From contig JBDRRP010000071.1 of the NCBI GenBank assembly GCA_043825735.1, forward strand, positions 62,001 to 126,000: a stretch of 64,000 nucleotides of DNA, given 5' to 3'. How positions within the stretch are numbered: the stretch's first letter is position 1; each line of letters opens with the position of its first letter. The stretch comes from Pseudomonadota bacterium. Lineage in GTDB: Bacteria > Desulfobacterota > Desulfobacteria > Desulfobacterales > JBDRRP01. Shown piece by piece: positions 49,080 to 58,046 of this stretch. Below the pieces are notes generated by a model. It made no database searches. It was not told the DNA's origin and saw nothing but the letters and a program-made list of their open reading frames with translations. Both the position numbers and the translations under genes were made by a program.

Positions 49080-49128
49080 TACTTCAATTCGATCTGTTGG
49101 GAAGACTGTCACTCGCCTCCTCGAACTC

Positions 49129-49998
49129 TTATCCCAGTATGTTGTCCCGGACCAGTTCGTGAACGAGTTCGGCGATGCCTTCTCGGGTGGCGGCAATCCG
49201 CTGCATCGACGAGGCGGCCAGCACCACATTTTCCACTGTTTTGACTTTGGTGGGAGAGCCCGACAAGCCGCAGCGTGCGGGGTCGGCGCCAATGGTGTCG
49301 GCGTTCCATTCGCGGATATATTCCACGGCCCGGCAGCTGTCGGGCTCCAGGTAGGCGCTTTCGTAGCTGCCGTCACAGGCCTGACGGTCGATAGCCTTGA
49401 ATGCCATGACCCGGCGGGCGCTGGGCGGCCGAGGGTCGTTTGCCTCGGTGGTGATGGTGAGCAGTACCGGATACCCCGAGGAAAGGATTTCCGTGCCGCT
49501 TTCCACCGACCGGGCCACCACGATAGCGTTTTCCGAAACCTCCCGAATGCCCGCCACGCTGGAGATTTGGTTCATGGCCAGTTTCTCGGCGATCTGCGGA
49601 CCCACTTGGGCCGTGTCGCCGTCGATGGCCTGACGGCCGCAGCAAATCAGGTCAACGGGACCGCATTTTTCGATGGCACAGGCCAGAGCGTAGGATGTCG
49701 CCAGCGTATCGGCACCGGCAAAGCGGCGGTCAGAGACCAGAACCGCATCATCGGCGCCCCGAAAGAGACAGTCCCGCAGTACCGCCACGGCTGCCGGCGG
49801 CCCCATGCTGATGGCCGTGACATGGGCGCCCAGCCGGTCCTTGATGTCCAGCGCCGCTTCGAGCGCGTTGAGGTCCTCCGGGTTGAAGATGGCCGGCAAG
49901 GCGGCGCGGTTAACGGTGCCGTCGGCTTTCATGGCGTTGCAGGTGATATTGTGCGTGTCCGGCACCTGCTTGACGGTGACGATGATTTTCAGGGGCAT
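49129..49998 (-). CDS. etfB: Electron transfer flavoprotein beta subunit
   Basis: VKQVPDT, NPEDLNALEAAL, SMGPP, FAGADTLAT, GRQAIDGDTAQVGP, GLSGSPTKV. Confidence 0.93.
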   Translation of the reverse strand: MPLKIIVTVKQVPDTHNITCNAMKADGTVNRAALPAIFNPEDLNALEAALDIKDRLGAHVTAISMGPPAAVAVLRDCLFRGADDAVLVSDRRFAGADTLATSYALACAIEKCGPVDLICCGRQAIDGDTAQVGPQIAEKLAMNQISSVAGIREVSENAIVVARSVESGTEILSSGYPVLLTITTEANDPRPPSARRVMAFKAIDRQACDGSYESAYLEPDSCRAVEYIREWNADTIGADPARCGLSGSPTKVKTVENVVLAASSMQRIAATREGIAELVHELVRDNILG

Positions 49999-50065
49999 GG
50001 GATGTTCCTCGATTTATGAATTGCAGCATTCCTTATTTGTGTATCGAGCGTAGCGCATTGAATAT

Positions 50066-50198
50066 TGATGAATCCGTAAAAAAGCATTTTTCTCGCAAAG
50101 ACGCCAGGTACGCCAAGAAAAACATTTTTAATATCAGTTCTCTATCTTTGCGATCTTTGCGGCTTTGCGAGAGATTCGGACTTTTTACGGGACCATCA
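50066..50198 (+). mobile_element. MITE-like element, variant B (same termini, CGCAAAG-type inner hairpin)
   Basis: TGATGAATCCGTAAAAA...CTTTTTACGGGACCATCA enclosing TCTCGCAAAGACGCCAGGTACGCCAAG / CTTTGCG x3. Confidence 0.78.
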
Positions 50199-50219
50199 AT
50201 AATGAAAATTGCCCGGGCG

Positions 50220-51866
50220 CTACCCTGTCAGGGCATCCAATTGCTCATCGGTCAGCGGGCTGAACCGCGCGGCCAGCGGCGGCAGCGCCACGCCCTGCTG
50301 CCGCAGCCAGGCGGCACGGGTGACCACACAGGCGCCCGTCAACAGGTTCCGGGCCACGTTCACGGTGCGGCGGTTTTCGGGTTTTTCCAGGAACGTGCCC
50401 CGGGCCCAGCGGTTAAATGCGCCGATGGCCGGGCCGCACCAGATCTGATAGTCGATGCGACGATCAGGCACGCCGTGCACCGACCACTTCGATGACTGAC
50501 CCAGATAGGATCGAAAAACCAGGGCCATCCGGTGCCGCGGGTCCTTTTCGGCCCGTTCCACCTGCCGGGGGTCGCGCTGCGTGAAAAACGCGCGGGTGCG
50601 TTCCCATTCAGCTTCAAAACGGCTCCGCAGCACGTCTCGCTCTATGGCTGCGCGCTGATCGTCGGGAACAGATTCCCATGAGCCGTAGCGCTGGTAAACG
50701 TCGTAGAGTTTGGCGGCGCGCACGGCGAACATGGTGCCTCGCTTGAGCACCTGGACCTTGACGCCCATCTCGAACATGTCTGCCGCAGGGGCCATGATGA
50801 CATCTGCCTGGCCTGCTTCGGCCAGCATTTGGCGCACTGCATCGCAGGTGCCCGACTCCATGCAGGCCTGGTTCACCGTGCCGGTAAGCACGTAAGCCGC
50901 GCCCATGGCGAACGCGGCAGCCGCTGACTCCGGCGTGGCGATGCCGCCGCCCAGTCCCACGGTTGGCACCCGTCGATACCCGAAGCGCTCCGCCATGGTA
51001 TCTCTCAAGGCCAGCATGGTGGGCAGCAGCGTCAGCGCCGGCCGGTTATCGGTATGTCCTCCGGAATCGGCTTCAGCGGAAATGTCGTCGGCCATGGGCA
51101 CAAATGCCGCCAGGGAGGCTTCGTCCATCGTGATCTGTCCGGCAGCCACCAGATCGCGCAGGAGTTTTTCCGGCGGCGGGGAGAGAAACTTTTCCGCCAC
51201 TTCTTCCCGGGATACTTTGGCGACTACGCGGTTGGGGCAGACCACTGCGCCGTCCGCGTTTCGATGGATGCCCTTGACCCGGTAAAGGACCAGTGGCAGG
51301 GTTATGCGAAGATACGCTGAAGCGCTGATGCGGCTAACCCCACGCTCGAGATACAGATCCACAACGGCGGCTTCGAGATCCGGTTCTTGGGGGCTGTGAA
51401 TCAGGTTGGATCCGAAAGGCAGCGCCCCCAGACGCTGCCGGAGCGTGTCAATGGCCGAGGTCACTGCATCCAGACTCAAACCGGCGGCCCCGAAAAAGCC
51501 CAGCATGCCCGCCTTGGCCACCGCCTCCACCATGGCCACCGATGTGATCCCATTGGCCATGGCCCCGGCCACGTACGGATAACGAATGCCGTGAAAGGCC
51601 ATGAAGGACGGATCGCCAAGGGCCGCCGGCACCAGCGGGGGGGCCACGGCAAGGAGGGCGAGCGACGCCCCCGGGGCTGGCGGCGTGGGTGCTCCCAGAG
51701 TCACTGTGCCCTCGGTGGCGATGCCGGTGGCGCCGTCTTTGCGGACCACGTAAACGGGGCGGCCGATTCGGCGCAGGGCACGAGCCGCACCGGCCGGATC
51801 AAAAGACAGCTGCGTAGCATCCCCATGCCATGTCTGCCGATAGATTGCGGGTTCGGTTCCGGTCAC
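50220..51866 (-). CDS. pfaD: PfaD enoyl-ACP reductase (FabK/nitronate monooxygenase-like)
   Basis: GAMANGI, NLIHSP, AKVSREEVA, AEADSGGHTDNR, MAPAADMFEMGVKVQVLKRG, DYQIWCGPAIGAFN. Confidence 0.93.
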   Translation of the reverse strand: MTGTEPAIYRQTWHGDATQLSFDPAGAARALRRIGRPVYVVRKDGATGIATEGTVTLGAPTPPAPGASLALLAVAPPLVPAALGDPSFMAFHGIRYPYVAGAMANGITSVAMVEAVAKAGMLGFFGAAGLSLDAVTSAIDTLRQRLGALPFGSNLIHSPQEPDLEAAVVDLYLERGVSRISASAYLRITLPLVLYRVKGIHRNADGAVVCPNRVVAKVSREEVAEKFLSPPPEKLLRDLVAAGQITMDEASLAAFVPMADDISAEADSGGHTDNRPALTLLPTMLALRDTMAERFGYRRVPTVGLGGGIATPESAAAAFAMGAAYVLTGTVNQACMESGTCDAVRQMLAEAGQADVIMAPAADMFEMGVKVQVLKRGTMFAVRAAKLYDVYQRYGSWESVPDDQRAAIERDVLRSRFEAEWERTRAFFTQRDPRQVERAEKDPRHRMALVFRSYLGQSSKWSVHGVPDRRIDYQIWCGPAIGAFNRWARGTFLEKPENRRTVNVARNLLTGACVVTRAAWLRQQGVALPPLAARFSPLTDEQLDALTG

Positions 51867-52139
51867 CAGGATCTCCTGAGTGCCCCCTGCGGGGCGAGTT
51901 TGGATTGAATTTGGCTAATACTAATGACTAGAATGCATTAAATAAGTCATCGAGGGGGGTGTTTTAAACGAAACGCCCCCAAGTGTCAAGTTTGGATGGC
52001 TAGCTTTGCTAGGTTAAAATCGCTAGAAAAAGACAATTTTCACTGTGAACCCGCGGTGCGCGCGCGTGGCTGTTCACGGCCCGCTTTGCCCGGGCGCGAA
52101 GCGATGATTGGAGACTCGCGGTGTTTTGCCCACAGATGT

Positions 52140-53039
52140 TCACCCCCTGGGATGATACCGCCGGTGAATGTCCTTGAGGCGGTCTCTGGCCACATGGGTG
52201 TAAATTTGAGTGGTGCTGATGTCGGTATGCCCCAGCATGATCTGAACGGCCCTCAGGTCGGCCCCGCCCTCGAGCAGGTGGCTGGCAAAGCTGTGGCGAA
52301 GACTGTGAGGGGACAGGTGCTTGTGAATGCCTGCGAGTGCGGCCCGCTGCTTGAGCAGTTTCCAGAACCCCTGCCGGGTCATGGGCCGTCCGGCGCGGGC
52401 CACGAACAGGTAGGCGCTGGTGATTCCCTTTAGCAGACGGGGGCGCCCCTCGGTGATATATCGGCGGATGCTGTCCCGGGCGCCGGATCCGATGGGGACG
52501 ATGCGCTCCTTGGACCCTTTACCGGTGACCCTGACAAAGCCGGCTTCAAGATTTGCGTCGAGAAGTCTCACCGCCACCAGTTCCGACACGCGAAGGCCGG
52601 CGGCATAGAGGAGCTCCAGCATGGCTTTGTTGCGCAATCCTGCGGGGTCCAGCGGCTCCGGGAGCTCAAGGAGCCGGTCCACGTCGTCCACGGAGAGCAC
52701 CTCCGGAAGCTTGAGCCCGCTCTTGGGCAGTTCGATGGATCGGGTCGGGTCTGCGGGGATCTTTTTTTCCCGATGAAGAAACCGGAAAAACCCTCGCAGT
52801 GTCACCAGGTGGCGCGCCCGTGAGCGGGCCGCGATGCCGTCTTTTCTAAGGGTGATGAGATACTTCAGCATGACGGCGGAATCAATTGCAGCCGTCTCGG
52901 TCATATCCTGATCGGTCAGAAAAGCGGCAAAGCGCCCCAGATCGGCGCCGTAGGCCTCCAGCGTGGTGGCGGCCAGGCCTTTTTCTACGAGCAGATAATT
53001 GGTGTAAAGGTCGATGAGCTGATCGAAGGAATGTGGCAT
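52140..53039 (-). CDS. xerD: Site-specific tyrosine recombinase XerD
   Basis: LYAAGLRVSEL, GKGSKERIVP, MTRQGFW, SPHSLRHSFASHLL.GGADLR.VQ.MLGH..ISTTQIYTHV, HPRG. Confidence 0.92.
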   Translation of the reverse strand: MPHSFDQLIDLYTNYLLVEKGLAATTLEAYGADLGRFAAFLTDQDMTETAAIDSAVMLKYLITLRKDGIAARSRARHLVTLRGFFRFLHREKKIPADPTRSIELPKSGLKLPEVLSVDDVDRLLELPEPLDPAGLRNKAMLELLYAAGLRVSELVAVRLLDANLEAGFVRVTGKGSKERIVPIGSGARDSIRRYITEGRPRLLKGITSAYLFVARAGRPMTRQGFWKLLKQRAALAGIHKHLSPHSLRHSFASHLLEGGADLRAVQIMLGHTDISTTQIYTHVARDRLKDIHRRYHPRG

Positions 53040-53040
53040 A

Positions 53041-54147
53041 TTAAATGTTGTCTATAAAACCCAGCCGGTTGAGCACCTCTGCACCCTCGTCACGAACCAC
53101 TACCTGGTTTTCCAGACGCACGCCGCCCCATTCCGGCAGATAGATGCCTGGCTCAACGGTGACGATCATGCCGGCCTCCAGGGCCGTGTCCTTCAGCGGG
53201 CTGAGGCGGGGCGCTTCATGGACGGCGATGCCGGTTCCGTGGCCCAGGCCGTGGCCGAATTTGCCGGCGAACCCGGCAGCGGCGATGGTCTCGCGGGCGA
53301 TGGTATCGACGGCCTTTGAGCTGACCCCAGTGCGGATGGCGTCAATGGCTCTGAGCTGCGCCTCGCGCACTGCCCGGTAGACCTTTCGAAACATGTCGTC
53401 CGGCGATCCTATCACGATGGTCCGTGAAATGTCCGAACAATAGTGCCCGTAGCGTGCCCCCCAATCGAAAAGCAGAGGAGCGCCGGCCGTGATCACCTGA
53501 CCGCCGGGGATGGCATGGGGAAGGGCGCTGTTGGGGCCTACGGCGCAGATGATGGGAAAGCTGAGGGCGTCGGCGCCGGCCTCCCTCATGGTCTTTTCAA
53601 GCGTCCATGCGGCGGCCTTTTCGGTCATGCCCGGTGTGATATTTTCCAGTGCCGCCTCGAAGGCATCCTCGGCGATGGCCAGCGCCTGCCGGGTCGCCTC
53701 GATTTCGTCCTCTGATTTGACTGCCCGCTGGGTTTCGACCCAGTCGGTAACCGGCACCAGCGATATCGGGGGTCCGACTGTCTCCAGGGCCTCCTTTATT
53801 TTATTATGCTGGAATACCGTCATGCGGACACTTTCGAACCCCATGCGCCGAACACCCAGCCGCTTTAACAGCGGCGGCAATTCTTCAGCCAGACCTCTTT
53901 TGTAGCAGACCACCTCATACAAGGGCGCTTCGGCTGCGGCCTGCACATCGAAACGGGAATCGGTGGCCAGCATCAGCGCATCGGCCGTAATGATGAGGGC
54001 GCCCGCGGTTTCGTCAAACTGGCTGTCTTCAGCGGTATAGCCGCTCAGGTAGTAGCGATTTTCAGCCACCAGTACCAGCAGTGCGTCCAGGTGGTTGGCG
54101 GACAACCGCTGCCTGATTGTTTCAATGCGCGTGTCAATGGGAGGCAT
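53041..54147 (-). CDS. Xaa-Pro aminopeptidase (M24B)
   Basis: NSALPH, DWGA..YCSDISRT, GHGLGHGTG..VHE, TVEPGIY, GVRLEN. Confidence 0.92.
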   Translation of the reverse strand: MPPIDTRIETIRQRLSANHLDALLVLVAENRYYLSGYTAEDSQFDETAGALIITADALMLATDSRFDVQAAAEAPLYEVVCYKRGLAEELPPLLKRLGVRRMGFESVRMTVFQHNKIKEALETVGPPISLVPVTDWVETQRAVKSEDEIEATRQALAIAEDAFEAALENITPGMTEKAAAWTLEKTMREAGADALSFPIICAVGPNSALPHAIPGGQVITAGAPLLFDWGARYGHYCSDISRTIVIGSPDDMFRKVYRAVREAQLRAIDAIRTGVSSKAVDTIARETIAAAGFAGKFGHGLGHGTGIAVHEAPRLSPLKDTALEAGMIVTVEPGIYLPEWGGVRLENQVVVRDEGAEVLNRLGFIDNI

Positions 54148-54392
54148 GGTTCCAGTCTTTCCGCAGATCGATCTGCGATCTCAGATGCTTTGTGTGCGAC
54201 GGTCATGGGTGTCTGTATCAAAATAGCCAATCTAAAGTGGGCAAAAAAATAACAGGGGCCTTGATCCAAGTCAAATCGAAAGCATTATATGAGGCGTAAG
54301 CGCTGGTGGTGCTTAAAAAAAGTGGGTAAACCGCATGTCGCCCACCGGCTTAAGCCTGGGCGCAGGGTGGATATGATTTATAAGGAGTTACA

Positions 54393-54563
54393 ATGATCAC
54401 TCTGGATGTCATCGTGGTGGGAGCCGTCGTCGCCGTGGCGTTTTTTTTCACTTTTCGGAAGCTGTATCGGGATGTCCGTGGAAAAGCGTCCTGCAACTGC
54501 GGCTGCAGCGGTGGTTGTGACAACCACCGACAGGCCTCCTGCCCGGAGGGCAAGGGGTCTTAA
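54393..54563 (+). CDS. Small membrane protein with Cys-rich tail (FeoB-associated Cys-rich type)
   Basis: 56 aa, below the ORF-track cutoff: MITLDVIVVGAVVAVAFFFTFRKLYRDVRGKASCNCGCSGGCDNHRQASCPEGKGS; TAAGGAG RBS. Confidence 0.75.
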   Translation: MITLDVIVVGAVVAVAFFFTFRKLYRDVRGKASCNCGCSGGCDNHRQASCPEGKGS

Positions 54564-54622
54564 AATATGATTTTGCGCTTGTCCAGAAAGCGCCAGTTGG
54601 TCTTTTCCCAAAGGGATGTTGA

Positions 54623-54698
54623 ACCACGGAGTCACGGAGATTTTATAAACAAAAACAACCGTTTTTGATTTTCTCCGTGCTCTCCGTGACTCCGTGGT
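54623..54698. repeat. CACGGAG-type periodic hairpin
   Basis: Perfect 18-bp inverted repeat ACCACGGAGTCACGGAGA / TCTCCGTGACTCCGTGGT around an AT-rich spacer. Confidence 0.8.
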
Positions 54699-54792
54699 GA
54701 TCACAATGTCATCGGGGACACCGGCCTTTGACGCTAAACTGGAGCTTCATAGAGAAGCGAATGGTTTTATTTTTCAGCAAAGGAGAAAGCTC

Positions 54793-54996
54793 ATGGAGAC
54801 TAAGACATTTTCAATACCCAACATTTCATGCGGCCACTGTACCCGGAGCATCGAGAACGAATTGTCCGAAGTGGCTGGCGTGTCCCGCGTATCGGGCAGC
54901 CCGGCCCAAAAAACCGTAACGGTAGAATGGGATGCCCCGGCCTCGGAAGAAACCATCCGGGCCACCCTCAAGGAGATCAACTATCCGGCGCAGTGA
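54793..54996 (+). CDS. copZ: Copper chaperone (HMA domain)
   Basis: 67 aa, ISCGHC metal-binding motif; AAAGGAG RBS; upstream of copA. Confidence 0.88.
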   Translation: METKTFSIPNISCGHCTRSIENELSEVAGVSRVSGSPAQKTVTVEWDAPASEETIRATLKEINYPAQ

Positions 54997-55036
54997 GAAC
55001 GGCCCCTGACGATATTTTTGTTGAAGATTCAATAGT

Positions 55037-55161
55037 TGACAGTCCCGTAAAAAGTGATTTTGAACCGCAGAGAGCGCAGAGAATATGTTTAATAATTAAT
55101 GGTTTACCTCTGTGATCTCTGCGTCCTCTGTGGTGATTTCAGACTTTTTACATAGCCATCA
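55037..55161 (+). mobile_element. MITE-like element copy A4 (one CAGAG unit missing from the left arm)
   Basis: TGACAGTCCCGTAAAAAG...CTTTTTACATAGCCATCA; TCAATAG repeated across both junctions. Confidence 0.82.
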
Positions 55162-55169
55162 ATAGCTTG

Positions 55170-55281
55170 CCACGAAGAACACGAAGTTCACGAAGGTTAT
55201 ATGAACACTCAATTTGTATTGTCGTTTTCTTCGTGTGCTTCGTGAACTTCGTGGTTCAGAATCACTTACTATGGGCCATCA
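55170..55281. repeat. CACGAAG-type periodic hairpin followed by a degenerate element terminus
   Basis: CACGAAG x3 / CTTCGTG x3 at 9-nt period, then GGTTCAGAATCACTTACTATGGGCCATCA resembling the A-family end. Confidence 0.75.
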
Positions 55282-55294
55282 ATCCTGAGGACTT

Positions 55295-57733
55295 ATGCAA
55301 CAGCGCCTTACATTACCGGTATCCGGCATGACCTGCGCCAACTGCGCCATGAACATCGAGCGCAGTTTGAAAAGAATGGACGGCGTGGCTTCCGTGGCGG
55401 TGAATTTTGCCAGCGAGCAGGCGTCGGTGACCTATGAGGATGGGGCTCTGAGCATACCGCAGATCGTCGGCGCCATCACCAAGGCGGGATTTGCCGTGAT
55501 GCCGGCAAAGGTTGAACTGCCTATCCGGGGAATGACCTGCGCCAATTGCGCCATGACGATCGAGCGGACCTTGAAAAGGAAAGTCACCGGCGTTCTGGAT
55601 GCCTCGGTGAACTTTGCCACGGAGCGGGCATCGGTGACATACCTGCCATCGGTGACGACCCTTCAAAACATGGCGGCAGCGATCGAAAAAGCCGGTTTTA
55701 CGGCGATTCTTGCCGATGACGCCGACGCCTTGGTGGATACGGAATCCCAGGCCCGGGAGGCCGAGATCAGAAATCAGACCCTGAAATTCATCACCGGCCT
55801 CATTTTTACCCTGCCGCTGTTCACCCTGAGCATGGCCCGGGACTTTGGCCTGGTGGGAGACTGGAGCCACGCGCCGTGGGTGAACTGGTTGTTTTGGCTG
55901 CTGGCGACCCCGGTTCAGTTTTACACCGGTTGGGATTATTACGTGGGGGCCTTTAAAAATCTGAGAAACCGCACCGCCAACATGGACGTGCTCGTGGCCA
56001 TGGGCTCATCGGTGGCCTACTATTACTCCGTGGCCGTCTTGCTGGTGCCGGCGCTGGGCGGACACGTCTATTTTGAAACCGCAGCCGTCATCATCACCCT
56101 CATCAAACTGGGAAAGATGCTCGAGTCCCGCACCAAAGGGCGCACCGGCGCCGCCATCCGCAAGCTCATGGACTTGAGCCCCAAGACCGCGACCGTGGTG
56201 GACGGCGACAAGGAACGGGAAGTACCCCTGAACCGGGTCCAGGTGGGTGATATCATCCGCGTGCGCCCTGGGCAGAGCATTCCGGTGGACGGAACCGTGA
56301 CCAGCGGGGAGTCCGCCGTGGATGAGTCCATGCTCAGCGGCGAGCCCATTCCCGTGGACAAACGCCCGGGGGATGCGGTGGTGGGCGGCACCATCAATCA
56401 GCAGGGTGTGTTTACCTTTACCGCCGAGCGGGTCGGCAGCGAGACCGCACTGGCCCAGATCATCCGTCTCGTGCAGGATGCCCAGGGAAGCAAGGCCCCC
56501 ATCCAGGCCCTGGCCGACCGGGTGGCCGCCGTGTTTGTTCCGTCAGTCATCGGTATTGCCCTGGCGGTGTTCGCCATCTGGTGGATTGCCGGTGGCGCCT
56601 TCGTTCCGGCCATGATCCGGCTGGTGGCCGTTTTGGTGATTGCCTGTCCGTGCGCACTCGGGCTGGCGACCCCTACGGCGATTATGGCGGGCACCGGGAA
56701 GGGGGCCGAGAGCGGGATTCTTTTTAAAAATGCCCAAGCGCTGGAAACGGCGGCCCGGTTAGACGTTGTGGTTCTGGACAAGACCGGCACCCTCACCGAA
56801 GGAAAACCCGGCGTCACGGATATCTACGCCACAACAGTTGGTCCTGATGCCGAATCAGGACTGCTGTGGCTTGCTGCCGCCGTGGAGCAGGGCTCCGAGC
56901 ACCCGCTGGGAAAAGCCATCGTCTCTGCGGCGCGTGATCGGAATATGACCCTGCCGACCGCTCACGCCTTTGCCGCCGTCAGTGGCCTGGGGGTGAGCGC
57001 CACGGTCGACGGCCGGCAGGTGCGGGTGGGAAAACCAGGCTGGTTTGGCGAGACCGGACCGGATCTGGGCGCCCTGAGAGAGGTTATCAAGGGCTATCAG
57101 GCCGATGGCAAAACAGCCATGCCCGTGGTCGTGGATGGTTCGCCGGCCGGCGTCATTGCGGTGAGCGACAAGGTCAAACCCGATTCGGCCGATGCCGTGG
57201 CCGCCCTTCACCGCCTGGGGCTCCGGGTCGTGATGATCACCGGCGACAACGCTCTGGCTGCTGACGCGATCGCCAAGACGGTGGCCATCGACGAGGTTCT
57301 GGCCGAAGTGCGCCCCGATGAGAAATCGGCACGCATCAAGGCGCTACAGGCCAGCGGCCGGCGGGTGGCCATGGTGGGCGACGGCATCAACGACGCCCCG
57401 GCACTGGCTCAGGCCGATGTAGGCTTGGCCATCGGCACCGGCACTGACGTGGCCATCGAGACCGCTGACGTGATCCTCTCGAGCGGCAGTCTGAAAGGTA
57501 TCCCCAGGGCCATCGGTCTCAGTCGCGACACCATGCGCACCATACGCCAAAATCTTTTCTGGGCCTTTATCTACAACATCATCCTCATCCCCCTGGCCGC
57601 CGGCGTGCTCCATCCCTTCACATCACTTCCCGAGATGCTCCGATCGCTTCACCCCATCATGGCCGCCCTGGCCATGAGCCTGTCCAGCGTCACCGTGGTT
57701 TCCAACAGCCTGCGGCTGTATCGATCCCGCTAG
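55295..57733 (+). CDS. copA: Cu(I)-translocating P1B-type ATPase
   Basis: Two GMTCANC HMA domains, [33 protein letters not shown] and MSLSS motifs. Confidence 0.94.
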   Translation: MQQRLTLPVSGMTCANCAMNIERSLKRMDGVASVAVNFASEQASVTYEDGALSIPQIVGAITKAGFAVMPAKVELPIRGMTCANCAMTIERTLKRKVTGVLDASVNFATERASVTYLPSVTTLQNMAAAIEKAGFTAILADDADALVDTESQAREAEIRNQTLKFITGLIFTLPLFTLSMARDFGLVGDWSHAPWVNWLFWLLATPVQFYTGWDYYVGAFKNLRNRTANMDVLVAMGSSVAYYYSVAVLLVPALGGHVYFETAAVIITLIKLGKMLESRTKGRTGAAIRKLMDLSPKTATVVDGDKEREVPLNRVQVGDIIRVRPGQSIPVDGTVTSGESAVDESMLSGEPIPVDKRPGDAVVGGTINQQGVFTFTAERVGSETALAQIIRLVQDAQGSKAPIQALADRVAAVFVPSVIGIALAVFAIWWIAGGAFVPAMIRLVAVLVIACPCALGLATPTAIMAGTGKGAESGILFKNAQALETAARLDVVVLDKTGTLTEGKPGVTDIYATTVGPDAESGLLWLAAAVEQGSEHPLGKAIVSAARDRNMTLPTAHAFAAVSGLGVSATVDGRQVRVGKPGWFGETGPDLGALREVIKGYQADGKTAMPVVVDGSPAGVIAVSDKVKPDSADAVAALHRLGLRVVMITGDNALAADAIAKTVAIDEVLAEVRPDEKSARIKALQASGRRVAMVGDGINDAPALAQADVGLAIGTGTDVAIETADVILSSGSLKGIPRAIGLSRDTMRTIRQNLFWAFIYNIILIPLAAGVLHPFTSLPEMLRSLHPIMAALAMSLSSVTVVSNSLRLYRSR

Positions 57734-57795
57734 CGCCAGTACGATAGTTGGCCTTTTCCCTAAGGGATGTGTAACCACCACGGCGTTACCAAACC

Positions 57796-57930
57796 TGATG
57801 AATCCGTAAAAAGTGATTTTGAACCACAGAGACCGCAGAGGACCGCAGAGAATATTATAAATAATTAATAAGTTATCTCTGCGCTCTCGGCGTACTCTGT
57901 GGTGATTTCAGACTTTTTACGAGTTTGTCA
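57796..57930 (+). mobile_element. MITE-like element copy A5
   Basis: TGATGAATCCGTAAAAAG...CTTTTTACGAGTTTGTCA; AACC directly repeated on both flanks. Confidence 0.82.
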
Positions 57931-58046
57931 AACCTAAGCGTTGAAGGAAAGGTTCCGACGGGAAACGGCACTGTCCCTGATCCCTGTGGTTTCAAGACGG
58001 GTTGTCTGATACAGGTGACAGTGTCACGAACAGTGCGGAGGTGCAA

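Noticed and set aside
52140..53039. Tyrosine recombinase as a phage or island integrase, or as the mobiliser of the repeats
   Set aside because: Length and motifs (MTRQGFW, HPRG) fit housekeeping XerD, coupled to a peptidase gene; nothing in the sequence links it to the elements
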